A program made the translations under genes and the position numbers. 63,488 bases of DNA from Candidatus Timburyella stercoris (GTDB taxonomy: Bacteria; Bacillota; Clostridia; Oscillospirales; Acutalibacteraceae). The notes under the pieces were generated by a model that was not told the origin of the DNA, made no database searches, and was given only the letters and a program-made list of their open reading frames with translations. The stretch is from NCBI GenBank assembly GCA_904384255.1, contig CAJFJP010000001.1:21415-84902 (forward strand), read 5' to 3'. Positions 19,934 through 28,918 of this stretch are shown in pieces. The stretch's first letter is position 1. Each line of letters begins with the position of its first letter.

Positions 19934-19945
19934 ATTCATACTATT

Positions 19946-22900
19946 TTAAATTGACGATTTGAAATTGTCCCATTTTGCAGCGACCTGCATTTCAATGTCG
20001 TCTCCAAGCGCCTCAAAATGCTTTTTGCCGCAATGGATTTTTAACTGTTCGCGGGTACGCAGATCAAAGAAGCTGGTGCTGCCTTTCGTTTCCAAAACGA
20101 AATATAACTTTTCCACACCGTTTTTGGTCAGGTATACCGCCCAGTCGGGATTGTAGGTGCCTATCGGCGTCTGAATTTTAAACCGTTCCGGTATTTTGAA
20201 AAACAACTTTACATCGGGATCATTGTCGAGAGCGACGGCAAACGGCTTTTCAATAGTGGCGCTGTCGTACACCACATAATCGTACACGCTTTTGTTCACC
20301 GCGACCGCATTTCGGTCAAGGTTTGCCATAAGTTCTTCCGAATCGAATATTTCCTGTACATAGTAATCTTCACCAGCAAGCCTTTGATAGCTGATGCCGT
20401 CAATATCAAGCTGATAACAGTTGTTTTGAATTACTTCCGTGAGCTGCTCAATGAATGCCTGCGGATTGCGGAGCATTTCTTTTCCTCTGCCGCTCTGCTT
20501 GATAATTTTTAGCACAACCCGTCTGTTGACCAGCGTCTGTTCGCTGATAATCGTCACGACATTCGGAATAGTGATACCTTCATTCTGAATATCCTGACTG
20601 TGGTACTCCCGCGCGGTATGCGTTACGCCGTAGTTTGCGATATCAATATCAGCAGTCTGCGATACAAGCCGCATTTTCGGAATAACGGGCAGTTCTCTGA
20701 AATCTTTCACAGAGTTTTCAATCAGTTCATCGGTATCAATTTGTACCCGATAGGTGGTTTTGTGCTTGATTTTGTTCCACAATTCCATAAATTCAGGCGA
20801 TAAAACAACCTGCTTCTTCAGCTTTACAACCACATCACGGCTGGCATCACGGATCGGCGGCTTGCTATCGGCTTTTCGGATAATACTTTCAAATCGCTGT
20901 CTCGCCGCCTCGTATTTTTGGGGTAAATCAAGCGTTCCGGTTTGCAGCGCGTTTTTCATAGTATCCTTCATCTTGCCGGATTTGCTGATATAGCCCTTTT
21001 GCTCAAAATGCTCGATGATTTCTTTAGCGTCATCATAGGTGATTTCTTTTTCTTCCGTCACGGTTTCGGAATAGGTTATGTCCGTTATGCTTGACAGCTC
21101 TATAATATCCTCCGTCTTGGCTATGACTTCTGAGATTTGCTCTTTTACAGGCTCCAGCTCCGGTGGCAGTTCAACGGTCTTTTCCACTGCGGCCTGCTTG
21201 AGCGATTCCGTGATTTTGCCGTTATCGTCGATATAGCCTTTCATTTCAAAGTGGCTGATGATCTCCTGTGCCTGTGCGGGCGTGACGGTTCTCTCTACCG
21301 TCCGCTTTTCCTCGTAAACCATGCCGGAGAACATACTGATCTGAATCATGCCGAATTTGAGTCCGGTTTCATCTTCGATCTCTTTCTGCAGAGTTTCCGC
21401 AAACTCAGCGAAGCTCTCATTAGAGATGACATGAAGCAGATTGATGTCTTTCTCCTCGATACGATCGCCGCTCTGATCTACACAAAGGCGCAGACCTCTG
21501 CCAATTTTCTGCCGGCAGGTAAAGGTGGACTTTTGATCGATTAGCGTACAGACCTGAAACACATTCGGATTGTCCCAACCTTCTTTCAGCGCAGAGTGCG
21601 ACCAAATGAAACGCAGAGGACAATCAAAGGACAGCAACCATTCTTTATCCTTCATGATGGTGTTGTAGGTATCGTAGTCGGCAATAGTATCGCCTTTGGT
21701 ATCCTTATATGCGCCTTTTTTATCCTGTGAAAAATAACCGTTGTGCGCAGTATGACCGTCGCTGTATTTTGCTTTCAGTTCAGCATATTTCGGACGGTTG
21801 ATCAGATCGTTATAACATTCCTCGAACATCTGGGCATAGATGCCCATGTCACCATCCTCGGTGCGGTACTTCTCCACCTTGTCGATGAAGAACAGGGACA
21901 GCACCTTGATCCCGCGGCTGTTCAGAAGCAGTTCTTTGTCCAGATGGATTTCGATGGTTTTACGGATTTGCTCCCGTTTAATCAAATTCTCGTCGATGTC
22001 ACCGATAGTCTGTCCCAGTTTCAGCACTTCCGTGTTGGAAAACTCAATACACTCTCTGCCGGGCGTACAGTCTATGCCGGAAACCATATAACTGTCATAC
22101 AAGTCCCGCTCGCCGGAGAGGACATACAGGTCGGAGTTTGGTTTTACCGTTATCGTCTTGCGGGCGACCTTGCCGTCCTTTGCTTTGACGTCCATCTGTA
22201 CCTTTGCCTTGAAGCCGTCCTTCTGCGATACTTCCAGCAGCCGGATATATGGCTTGTTAAAATCGTTTTCGGCGGATACGCTGGATACGCAGATCTGCTT
22301 GACTAAGCCCATCTGATAAGCGTCCACAGGCGTTAAGCGGAATACCGTGTTGATTTTTTCTCTGTGGGTCGCCGAGTAGCGCAGAACACACAGAGGATTC
22401 AGGGAGGCGATGGCTTCCTTTGCCTTTGGCGTGTTGTCCACGCTCTGTGGCTCGTCTACGATAACAATGGGATTGGTGTCCTGTATGTACCGCATAGCGG
22501 TTTCGCCGTTCAGTTTATCCTGCGCCTGATTGATGATGTTTTCCGCTTTCTTGAACGCATCAATATTGATGATCATAATCTCAATATTGGCGCTGGTGGC
22601 AAACTGCCGCACATCGGACAACTTGGCGGAATTATAGATAAAATAGCGGTACGGCACATTATCGTACAGGGCGGCAAAGTGGTCATTTGTAATCTCAAAG
22701 GATTTATACACGCCTTCGCGGATCGCCACCGATGGGACAACAATGATGAATTTGGTAAAACCGTACTTGCGGTTTAACTCTAATATCGTTTGGGTGTAGA
22801 CATAGGTTTTTCCCGTGCCGGTTTCCATTTCTACACAGAAGCGTTTATCGTCTATATCATCCGTTAAGGGCAGATTGAACCGCTTTTGTATACCATGCAG

Positions 22901-23089
22901 GTTTTCGAGCATAGCCTTGTTATCGATGAGCTGTGCATTGCCGATTCCGAAATCATTTTGCAAAATGCTGATTTGCTTTTCCTGCATGACGGTAAAAGTG
23001 GATGTTGTCTTTTCCTGACCGGCAAACAGATCCACTACGGCGGCAGTCGCGTCGGATTGATAACCTTGTTTTTTGAATTTTAACTTCAT
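19946..23089 (-). CDS. res: Type III restriction endonuclease, Res subunit (SF2 helicase plus PD-(D/E)xK nuclease)
   Basis: METGTGKTYVY (motif I), IVIVDEPQSV (motif II). The C-terminal YNPDWAVYL...FVLETKGS is a nuclease motif. 1047 aa. The start overlaps the upstream ORF (ATGA). Confidence 0.9.
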   Translation of the reverse strand: MKLKFKKQGYQSDATAAVVDLFAGQEKTTSTFTVMQEKQISILQNDFGIGNAQLIDNKAMLENLHGIQKRFNLPLTDDIDDKRFCVEMETGTGKTYVYTQTILELNRKYGFTKFIIVVPSVAIREGVYKSFEITNDHFAALYDNVPYRYFIYNSAKLSDVRQFATSANIEIMIINIDAFKKAENIINQAQDKLNGETAMRYIQDTNPIVIVDEPQSVDNTPKAKEAIASLNPLCVLRYSATHREKINTVFRLTPVDAYQMGLVKQICVSSVSAENDFNKPYIRLLEVSQKDGFKAKVQMDVKAKDGKVARKTITVKPNSDLYVLSGERDLYDSYMVSGIDCTPGRECIEFSNTEVLKLGQTIGDIDENLIKREQIRKTIEIHLDKELLLNSRGIKVLSLFFIDKVEKYRTEDGDMGIYAQMFEECYNDLINRPKYAELKAKYSDGHTAHNGYFSQDKKGAYKDTKGDTIADYDTYNTIMKDKEWLLSFDCPLRFIWSHSALKEGWDNPNVFQVCTLIDQKSTFTCRQKIGRGLRLCVDQSGDRIEEKDINLLHVISNESFAEFAETLQKEIEDETGLKFGMIQISMFSGMVYEEKRTVERTVTPAQAQEIISHFEMKGYIDDNGKITESLKQAAVEKTVELPPELEPVKEQISEVIAKTEDIIELSSITDITYSETVTEEKEITYDDAKEIIEHFEQKGYISKSGKMKDTMKNALQTGTLDLPQKYEAARQRFESIIRKADSKPPIRDASRDVVVKLKKQVVLSPEFMELWNKIKHKTTYRVQIDTDELIENSVKDFRELPVIPKMRLVSQTADIDIANYGVTHTAREYHSQDIQNEGITIPNVVTIISEQTLVNRRVVLKIIKQSGRGKEMLRNPQAFIEQLTEVIQNNCYQLDIDGISYQRLAGEDYYVQEIFDSEELMANLDRNAVAVNKSVYDYVVYDSATIEKPFAVALDNDPDVKLFFKIPERFKIQTPIGTYNPDWAVYLTKNGVEKLYFVLETKGSTSFFDLRTREQLKIHCGKKHFEALGDDIEMQVAAKWDNFKSSI

Positions 23090-23274
23090 CCGCGCTGCTC
23101 CTTTACTATGGTATCAAAAGCAAAAGATTTCATTTTGCAATCTAAACACCCATAGTCGCTATGTGTTCCTAACTCATACAATTTAACAATCCGCAGGTGT
23201 TTGCAATCCTCCGGTTTACAGGAAGCTTCTATCTTGTTAAATTCTTCTTCTTGCATTTTTTGCATGATAATCAC
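23086..23274 (-). CDS. Mini zinc-ribbon protein (about 59-62 aa) between mod and res
   Basis: Cys pattern C-x4-C-x18-C-x2-C (SCKPEDCK...GCLDCK). Begins 6-15 nt after the mod stop and ends in an ATGA overlap with the res start. The start is either GTG at 23274 or ATG at 23265. Confidence 0.5.
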   Translation of the reverse strand: MIIMQKMQEEEFNKIEASCKPEDCKHLRIVKLYELGTHSDYGCLDCKMKSFAFDTIVKEQRG

Positions 23275-23279
23275 CGCCT

Positions 23280-25181
23280 TTATATCAGCTTTAAATCAAT
23301 TTTTCTATCTCTTAGAACATAGTGTGCATTTCTCATCGCCGATACATCGGCAAAGCAGCTCTCAGCTATGACGATTTTGGCGGGCGCGTATTCCGCTAAC
23401 TGTTCAATGGTTTCAGTGGTGATTCCCGCATCAAGGCAAATCATCAGCAGACTATCCTCGCCCACAGAGTAGGCTTTCACGCCGTCGATTTCCAGCGGCA
23501 GAACCGGATATGTCAGCGGTACGCCCATTTTCAGCATGATTTCATAAACCACATCTATGTCCGTGCGGTCATCCTTGATGCTGTCAATCATATCGTTCAT
23601 GCGGTCAAGCATGATCTGAATATCATCTTCCGCTACGGGCGTTCCGTCCCACAGCTTGATATTGGAGGTATCCAACTTGAACACCTTGAATCCCACGTCG
23701 GGCAGGGGCTTTTCTTCTTCGCCCAGCTTGATTTGCTGATTCGCTTGTTCTGCTTCTGCAAGAATTTTCGCGCCCGCGCGGCGGACGCGCTCTTTGCCGA
23801 TTTCGCAAATGGTTTTGTATCCTGCTTTATAGGCTTCGCTCTTTTCATCGCATAGTTCGGGAAGCTGCACACAGATAAAGCGGCGGTTCCCGCCGTCCTC
23901 AGCGTTTAACTGCATCACAGCGTGGGCGGTGGTAGCAGAACCGGAGAAAAAGTCAAGTACGATGTCGTTGTTGTTTATACTTGTTGCAGTTGCAGCTTTA
24001 ATAAAATATTTAATAAAGCCAACAGGCTTCGGAAATCCGAAAACTTTATTTTCAAAAAGTTCTGTAATTTCTTTCGTACCGTCTTGAGTCATACCGATGT
24101 CATCCGGCAACTTTGTACTTACCGGAATAAAACCAAAACTGTCGCCTGCCTTTGCCATATCGTCATCTTTGAAATAACGAAACGCAGGCTTTGAAATGTT
24201 CAAAAAATCATAATCGTCCGGAAAAACGATTCTATTTTCCGCGTAATATTGCTCAAATGTTTCTTTCGTTACAGCCCAAGTTCGGTTAGGATTAGCAGGA
24301 TATTCTTTCCCTGTTTTAGGGTTTATCATAGTAAAATTGCTATTAGGTCTTTCAAGCGCACTTCTTTGTGTTGTTAAATCATGAATTCTCCACGGTCTGC
24401 CCGGTAAATCGTCAGTTTCAAAGTATTTTCTCGTTCCACCTTCTAGACAGGCACGAAAATCTATAGATTTTGCATAGCACAAAATCCATTCATAGTCCTG
24501 CGATACACCAAAAGGCACATCGGATTTTGCTGTTCTTTTTCGCCATGGAAATTGTCCAGCAAAATTTTCTTCGCCTAATGTTTCATCACACAATTTTTTT
24601 AGATTGGTGACTTCATTATCATCTATACTTATAAAAATCACCCCATCGTCCCGCAAGAGATTTGCTGCTAAACGCAGACGGGGATACATCATGTTCAGCC
24701 AATTGGTGTGGTATCTGCCCATTGTTTCGGGGTTGGATTTGGTTGACTGCTGGGTGACTTCTTTATACCGCGCCATCGGGTCGGCAAAATCATCCTCGTA
24801 CACAAAATCATTGCCGGTATTATAGGGCGGATCAATATAGATCATCTTTACCTTGCGATAATAGGATGTTTGCAGTAGCTTGAGGACTTCTAAGTTATCA
24901 CCCTCTATGTAGAGGTTTTGAGTGTCATTAAAGTTTACACCTTCATCAGGGCAGGGGCGTAGCGTACCCGTTGACCGCTTCTGCGCAAGCCGCAGGCTTT
25001 CGGATTTCCCGTGCCATTCGAACTTGTACTTTTCAAAATCGTTGTCGATATACTCACCACAAAGCGACAGCAACTTGTCAATGTCTAATTTGCCCTCCGC
25101 AAAGCATTGCGGAAATACCGCCTTTAGTTTTTCTTTTTCTGTCTGTTCTATATCCATGCTCATTCCGTCCAGCTTATCCAT
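23280..25181 (-). CDS. mod: Type III DNA methyltransferase, Mod subunit (beta-class N6-adenine)
   Basis: IYIDPPYNTGNDF (motif IV) lies upstream of VLDFFSGSATTAHAV (motif I). ATG at 25181 follows GGAGGA; I prefer it to the track start at 25202. Confidence 0.9.
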   Translation of the reverse strand: MDKLDGMSMDIEQTEKEKLKAVFPQCFAEGKLDIDKLLSLCGEYIDNDFEKYKFEWHGKSESLRLAQKRSTGTLRPCPDEGVNFNDTQNLYIEGDNLEVLKLLQTSYYRKVKMIYIDPPYNTGNDFVYEDDFADPMARYKEVTQQSTKSNPETMGRYHTNWLNMMYPRLRLAANLLRDDGVIFISIDDNEVTNLKKLCDETLGEENFAGQFPWRKRTAKSDVPFGVSQDYEWILCYAKSIDFRACLEGGTRKYFETDDLPGRPWRIHDLTTQRSALERPNSNFTMINPKTGKEYPANPNRTWAVTKETFEQYYAENRIVFPDDYDFLNISKPAFRYFKDDDMAKAGDSFGFIPVSTKLPDDIGMTQDGTKEITELFENKVFGFPKPVGFIKYFIKAATATSINNNDIVLDFFSGSATTAHAVMQLNAEDGGNRRFICVQLPELCDEKSEAYKAGYKTICEIGKERVRRAGAKILAEAEQANQQIKLGEEEKPLPDVGFKVFKLDTSNIKLWDGTPVAEDDIQIMLDRMNDMIDSIKDDRTDIDVVYEIMLKMGVPLTYPVLPLEIDGVKAYSVGEDSLLMICLDAGITTETIEQLAEYAPAKIVIAESCFADVSAMRNAHYVLRDRKIDLKLI

Positions 25182-25350
25182 TGTTTTCATCCTCCATTGC
25201 AAAGTGCGAAATACGCCCGTATATTTCGTATGAGTATTTCAATAATTTGTAAAATTTTTCATCTAACTTATACTGTCTAATTGGAATTGCAAAACATTTT
25301 CCTGACATTTTAATTGTTCCGCCGGATTTACCAAATACACCTTGAGGGTC

Positions 25351-25803
25351 TTATGCATTTATTGTTTCTTCGCTTGGCATATTTGTAGAGATAACATACT
25401 TTGATATTAAAAGATTTGATTTTGGTAAACCCTTAATTGTTATAGGCGAATTATTAGTATGAAGAAAATCCATCAACATCTTTTTTTCAGCTACCGATAG
25501 TTTGTCAACAAAGTTCCATTGATCCTCAAGGTCTCGTTTTAATTGTAATTCTTTTAGTTGCTTATCTTCAATTATTGAGCGGCGCTTTGACCATATTGCT
25601 TTACCTATAAATCGTACAGCCTCTATTACGATAAATCCCACACAGAAAACTAAAACAGTATATAGATTTTTACCTAAACGTGTGTATAACATCGTTTCTT
25701 CTGGAGTAATTGCTACTATAATCAATGCAAAAGTAAGCGATATAGCACTTGGGAGAAGGTGTTTTTCCAAAAAAACTTTTAATACTTCCCAAAATTTCTC
25801 CAA
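25351..25803 (-). CDS. Small 2-TM membrane protein, SieB-like (superinfection exclusion protein B-like) candidate effector
   Basis: Two N-terminal TM helices, then a soluble tail (..DKLSVAEKKMLMDFLHTNNSPITI..). TTG start directly abuts the SNF2 TAA, with GGAGGG 7 nt upstream. Very AT-rich. The family call is from memory of SieB-family layout only. Confidence 0.45.
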   Translation of the reverse strand: MEKFWEVLKVFLEKHLLPSAISLTFALIIVAITPEETMLYTRLGKNLYTVLVFCVGFIVIEAVRFIGKAIWSKRRSIIEDKQLKELQLKRDLEDQWNFVDKLSVAEKKMLMDFLHTNNSPITIKGLPKSNLLISKYVISTNMPSEETINA

Positions 25804-28449
25804 TTATTTTCCCTCCACTTTTATCATAAACTCTCTTATCGCTCTTGCGGTCGGCTTCTCTTTTCTAAGGAATTCCTCTATATCCTTTTCCAGCTTTAAG
25901 TCAAGCTGCATTTCCTCAAAAAATTGTGATTCCTGCTTTTGCATAAACTCTTTATGCACCGTGTTGATTTGCTTTTGCAGCTTTAGCCGGGTTAGCCTGT
26001 CATCGGCGGCAGCAAGTTCGTTTTCCATTGTACTGACCTGCTTTTCCAATTCATCCACGGAACGGCTCAGTGCAGCTTTGCTTTTTGCTGTTTGCAGCTT
26101 CATTTGGTCAATTTTTTCCGCCTGCAGCGGGGTGAACTGCTCCGTTTCCTTTTTCAAAAACTCGTCTGTATTGAGATAACGGTCAAACTCATGGTATTTA
26201 CTTGACAATCTGAGCCAATGCATGACGCGGCGTTCGCCCTCCGTATAGCTGAGAACAGGCAGTTCGAAGATTCTCCGGCATTCTTCGTCCGACAGTATTT
26301 TTCCGGTATCGGTTTTGCCAACCAGTACGGCATATTCGTTGAAACTTGGGGACATTTCAATCGAATACAGCGCGATTTGACAGGATTCAATGTCCGAATC
26401 TACCACAATCTTTCCGTCAGTAGCGCAGTCCAACTGATTTAGAATGCTCCGCCCTAAAATGCTTGAAAAGGTGATTCGTCCGTATTTCGGCTTGAAATCG
26501 GAAGCCATTCCGTATTTTTTCTGACTCTTGTATTTTCGGCTGCCGCCGTTCGACCAATAATAGAACAGTATGGGAAGCTCAGTATAATTCATTGCCGTTA
26601 CCGTTTGTTCGGTATCGTCGATTTCAAAATAGCAATCGGTATGGCTGGCATTATATTGCTCAAAAAAGAATTTTACGACTTCCCATAGCTGAGAATTGTA
26701 TTCCTTTGCTTTTTCCTCCGCGTACTTTGGGGTAATTTTCACCTTGTTGGCAAGTTCTCTCGTAAAAGTTGTAAATAGGACATTTTCAGCGTTAGCCACA
26801 AGCTGTCGATTTTCTTCTTCATGTGCATCGAGCGTCGCCAGATAATCGTTCTGTATTTGTTCTTTTGTCCGCGCCTTTTCATTGAGTTCGCTAATGGCGA
26901 CAGTCAAGTCATCGGTAAAGCCGCCTATGACCGGGTCGGACACGCCGAACACGCCGTCTGATACAAGGAATCGTTTATTGACCAATTCCAGTTTGCGAAC
27001 ATCTGCAAAGTTATTTTTATTGATAAAAGCCACCGCAAGTACATCATTGGGCTGATCCAGCCGATGACAGCGGTCGATACGCTGTTCCATTTTTAGTGTA
27101 TTGTACAGTAGGTCATAGTTTATTACAAGTGCCGATTCCTGCAAGTTAAAGCCCCTTGCACCGTTGTCGGTGGAGAGAAGAATTTCGCCGTGTTCCTTAA
27201 ACGCTTTGATTGCAGAGTAATCGGCAGAGCCGTTATATACCGTCGTTTGATATTTCTCTTTCAGCAGACCGTATAAAACTTTTTGCGTTTCTACGCTTTC
27301 GGTAAAAATGACCGCCTTTTTATTCGCGCCGAGCTTTCGGAGGAGCGGCAGGACTTTCTGTAAATATTTGAGCAGGAGCTTTGCCTTTTCATCGGTTTCT
27401 ACGCTTTCGGCAAGGGCTTCCATTTCTCTGAATTCGTTCAGCTCGCCCTTGGAGTTCGGCATCCGTTCAAGGCGTTTGATGATTCCTTTTATCGTTTGTA
27501 AAATGGCAGCCGTAGAGGAACTTTGCAAACCAAGCAAGCGCAGGGCGAGGTCGTAGCTGCTCATTTCGGGAAACGCGACTTTATTTTCCTTATTCACATA
27601 AGTGTATAGTAAGTCGTATAGCTTTCGTTCTTTGGCAGACGGCGTATATTCCAGCGTGATAAGGATACGTTCAGGGATTTTGGCGTATTGCTTTGCCTGC
27701 GAACGCAGGGTGCGAAAACAGTATTTACTGACCCGTTCAGCCAATTCCGGGTAGTTTTCCGGCTTTCTCAGATACCGCTTCATATAGGTTTCAGCGTCGG
27801 GCAACACGGTTTCATCGATAAAATACATAAGACCGTACAAGTCCATGATGTTTTTTTCGATAGGTGTTCCAGTCAGTAGGATTTTGAAAGAATCCTCTGC
27901 AATTTCTTTTAGAATTTTAGCCTGCTTGCTGTCTTCGGTACTGACAGAAGACAAAATATTGGCTTCCTCAAACACAGTCAAACTCCACTTAATTTGTTTA
28001 GCCGCTTCTTGCTGATCAGTTAAAAAATCATAGGTGGTTAATATGACAGCGTTCTGTTCAAAGGCATTCGTGTTTTCACCGGAAGAGTTTTGCTCCCAAT
28101 CCTCTCGACTGGCCAGCACAACATAAGGGATCGTATAATAACGATCGAGCGTGTCGATCCACTGCATAAGCAAATCAGCATTTGGAACGGAAATCAAAAT
28201 ATTACTCATTCCTTCCAGCCATCTCTGCACAACAACAAGCATAGCTTCATGCGTTTTACCTATACCGGCTTCATCGCACAGAATGACTCCCTTTTGGTAA
28301 GGGGAGCGCATAGCAAAACTAGCCGCTGCAACCTGGAAGGGATAAATTTGAATATCAGAAGATGCAAAAACAGGAATAAGCTTGTCCGCTTTAGGCAGGT
28401 TTTCCAAAAGCCTTGCCGTGTAGTAAAAATGAAACGGCGTCTTCTGCAT
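25804..28449 (-). CDS. SNF2-family helicase with an uncharacterised C-terminal half of about 340 aa ending in a coiled coil
   Basis: LCDEAGIGKTHEA (I), VFEEAN (II), LTGTPIEKN (III), GFNLQESALVINYD...QRIDRCHRLDQ (V/VI). Residues from about 540 to 881 contain no motif I recognise. Confidence 0.85.
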   Translation of the reverse strand: MQKTPFHFYYTARLLENLPKADKLIPVFASSDIQIYPFQVAAASFAMRSPYQKGVILCDEAGIGKTHEAMLVVVQRWLEGMSNILISVPNADLLMQWIDTLDRYYTIPYVVLASREDWEQNSSGENTNAFEQNAVILTTYDFLTDQQEAAKQIKWSLTVFEEANILSSVSTEDSKQAKILKEIAEDSFKILLTGTPIEKNIMDLYGLMYFIDETVLPDAETYMKRYLRKPENYPELAERVSKYCFRTLRSQAKQYAKIPERILITLEYTPSAKERKLYDLLYTYVNKENKVAFPEMSSYDLALRLLGLQSSSTAAILQTIKGIIKRLERMPNSKGELNEFREMEALAESVETDEKAKLLLKYLQKVLPLLRKLGANKKAVIFTESVETQKVLYGLLKEKYQTTVYNGSADYSAIKAFKEHGEILLSTDNGARGFNLQESALVINYDLLYNTLKMEQRIDRCHRLDQPNDVLAVAFINKNNFADVRKLELVNKRFLVSDGVFGVSDPVIGGFTDDLTVAISELNEKARTKEQIQNDYLATLDAHEEENRQLVANAENVLFTTFTRELANKVKITPKYAEEKAKEYNSQLWEVVKFFFEQYNASHTDCYFEIDDTEQTVTAMNYTELPILFYYWSNGGSRKYKSQKKYGMASDFKPKYGRITFSSILGRSILNQLDCATDGKIVVDSDIESCQIALYSIEMSPSFNEYAVLVGKTDTGKILSDEECRRIFELPVLSYTEGERRVMHWLRLSSKYHEFDRYLNTDEFLKKETEQFTPLQAEKIDQMKLQTAKSKAALSRSVDELEKQVSTMENELAAADDRLTRLKLQKQINTVHKEFMQKQESQFFEEMQLDLKLEKDIEEFLRKEKPTARAIREFMIKVEGK

Positions 28450-28476
28450 TTGCTTTTCTTCCTTTCGTCAGTCTGT

Positions 28477-28689
28477 TTATTCTTCGTCTGTATCAATAAA
28501 CTCGCAAATATCATCCAAAGTACAGTCCAAGACTTTACAGATGCGTCCGAGGACTTCGATTGTCACACTTTCACTATTATTGAGCCTTCGTATTGAACTT
28601 GTACTGATCGAAGCTTTTTCCATTAAATCTTTCTTTTTCATATCTTTGTCGATTAGGAGCTTCCAAAGCTTCTTATAACTGATTTTCAT
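28477..28689 (-). CDS. XRE/Cro-C1 family HTH regulator (70 aa)
   Basis: KKKDLMEKASISTSSIRRLNNSESVTIEVLGRICKVLDCTLDDI is a typical HTH_3/HTH_26 pattern. First gene of the SNF2 operon. Confidence 0.75.
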   Translation of the reverse strand: MKISYKKLWKLLIDKDMKKKDLMEKASISTSSIRRLNNSESVTIEVLGRICKVLDCTLDDICEFIDTDEE

Positions 28690-28733
28690 TTCAGCACCTC
28701 GTTCAGTAATATCCGTAAAACAATTTTCGTAAT

Positions 28734-28762
28734 ATTATAGCATAATTCTTGCTTATTTTCAA
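28734..28762 (-). promoter_or_regulatory. Near-consensus sigma-A promoter of the HTH-SNF2-SieB-like operon
   Basis: Minus strand TTGAAA-17 nt-TATAAT, 45 nt upstream of the HTH start. Palindrome ATATGC-n6-GCATAT (28769-28786) lies just upstream of the -35 and may be an operator. Confidence 0.6.
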
Positions 28763-28855
28763 TATTCAATATGCTAAAAAGCATATCTTTAAAATCAAGT
28801 TAGCCTCTTTTCTTTCTGCTGTACTCTCTCTTAAAGTGAGTCGTTCAAGGGAGTT

Positions 28856-28884
28856 CACGATGAACCGGTACTCGGTTCATCGTG
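28856..28884. repeat. Perfect 11-bp inverted repeat at the edge of the defence island
   Basis: CACGATGAACC-ggtactc-GGTTCATCGTG with no T-run. Lies between the wHTH gene and the defence-island promoter. Confidence 0.5.
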
Positions 28885-28918
28885 AAAGCAGATCCCCTTT
28901 GTCAGTGGAATTGTAATT

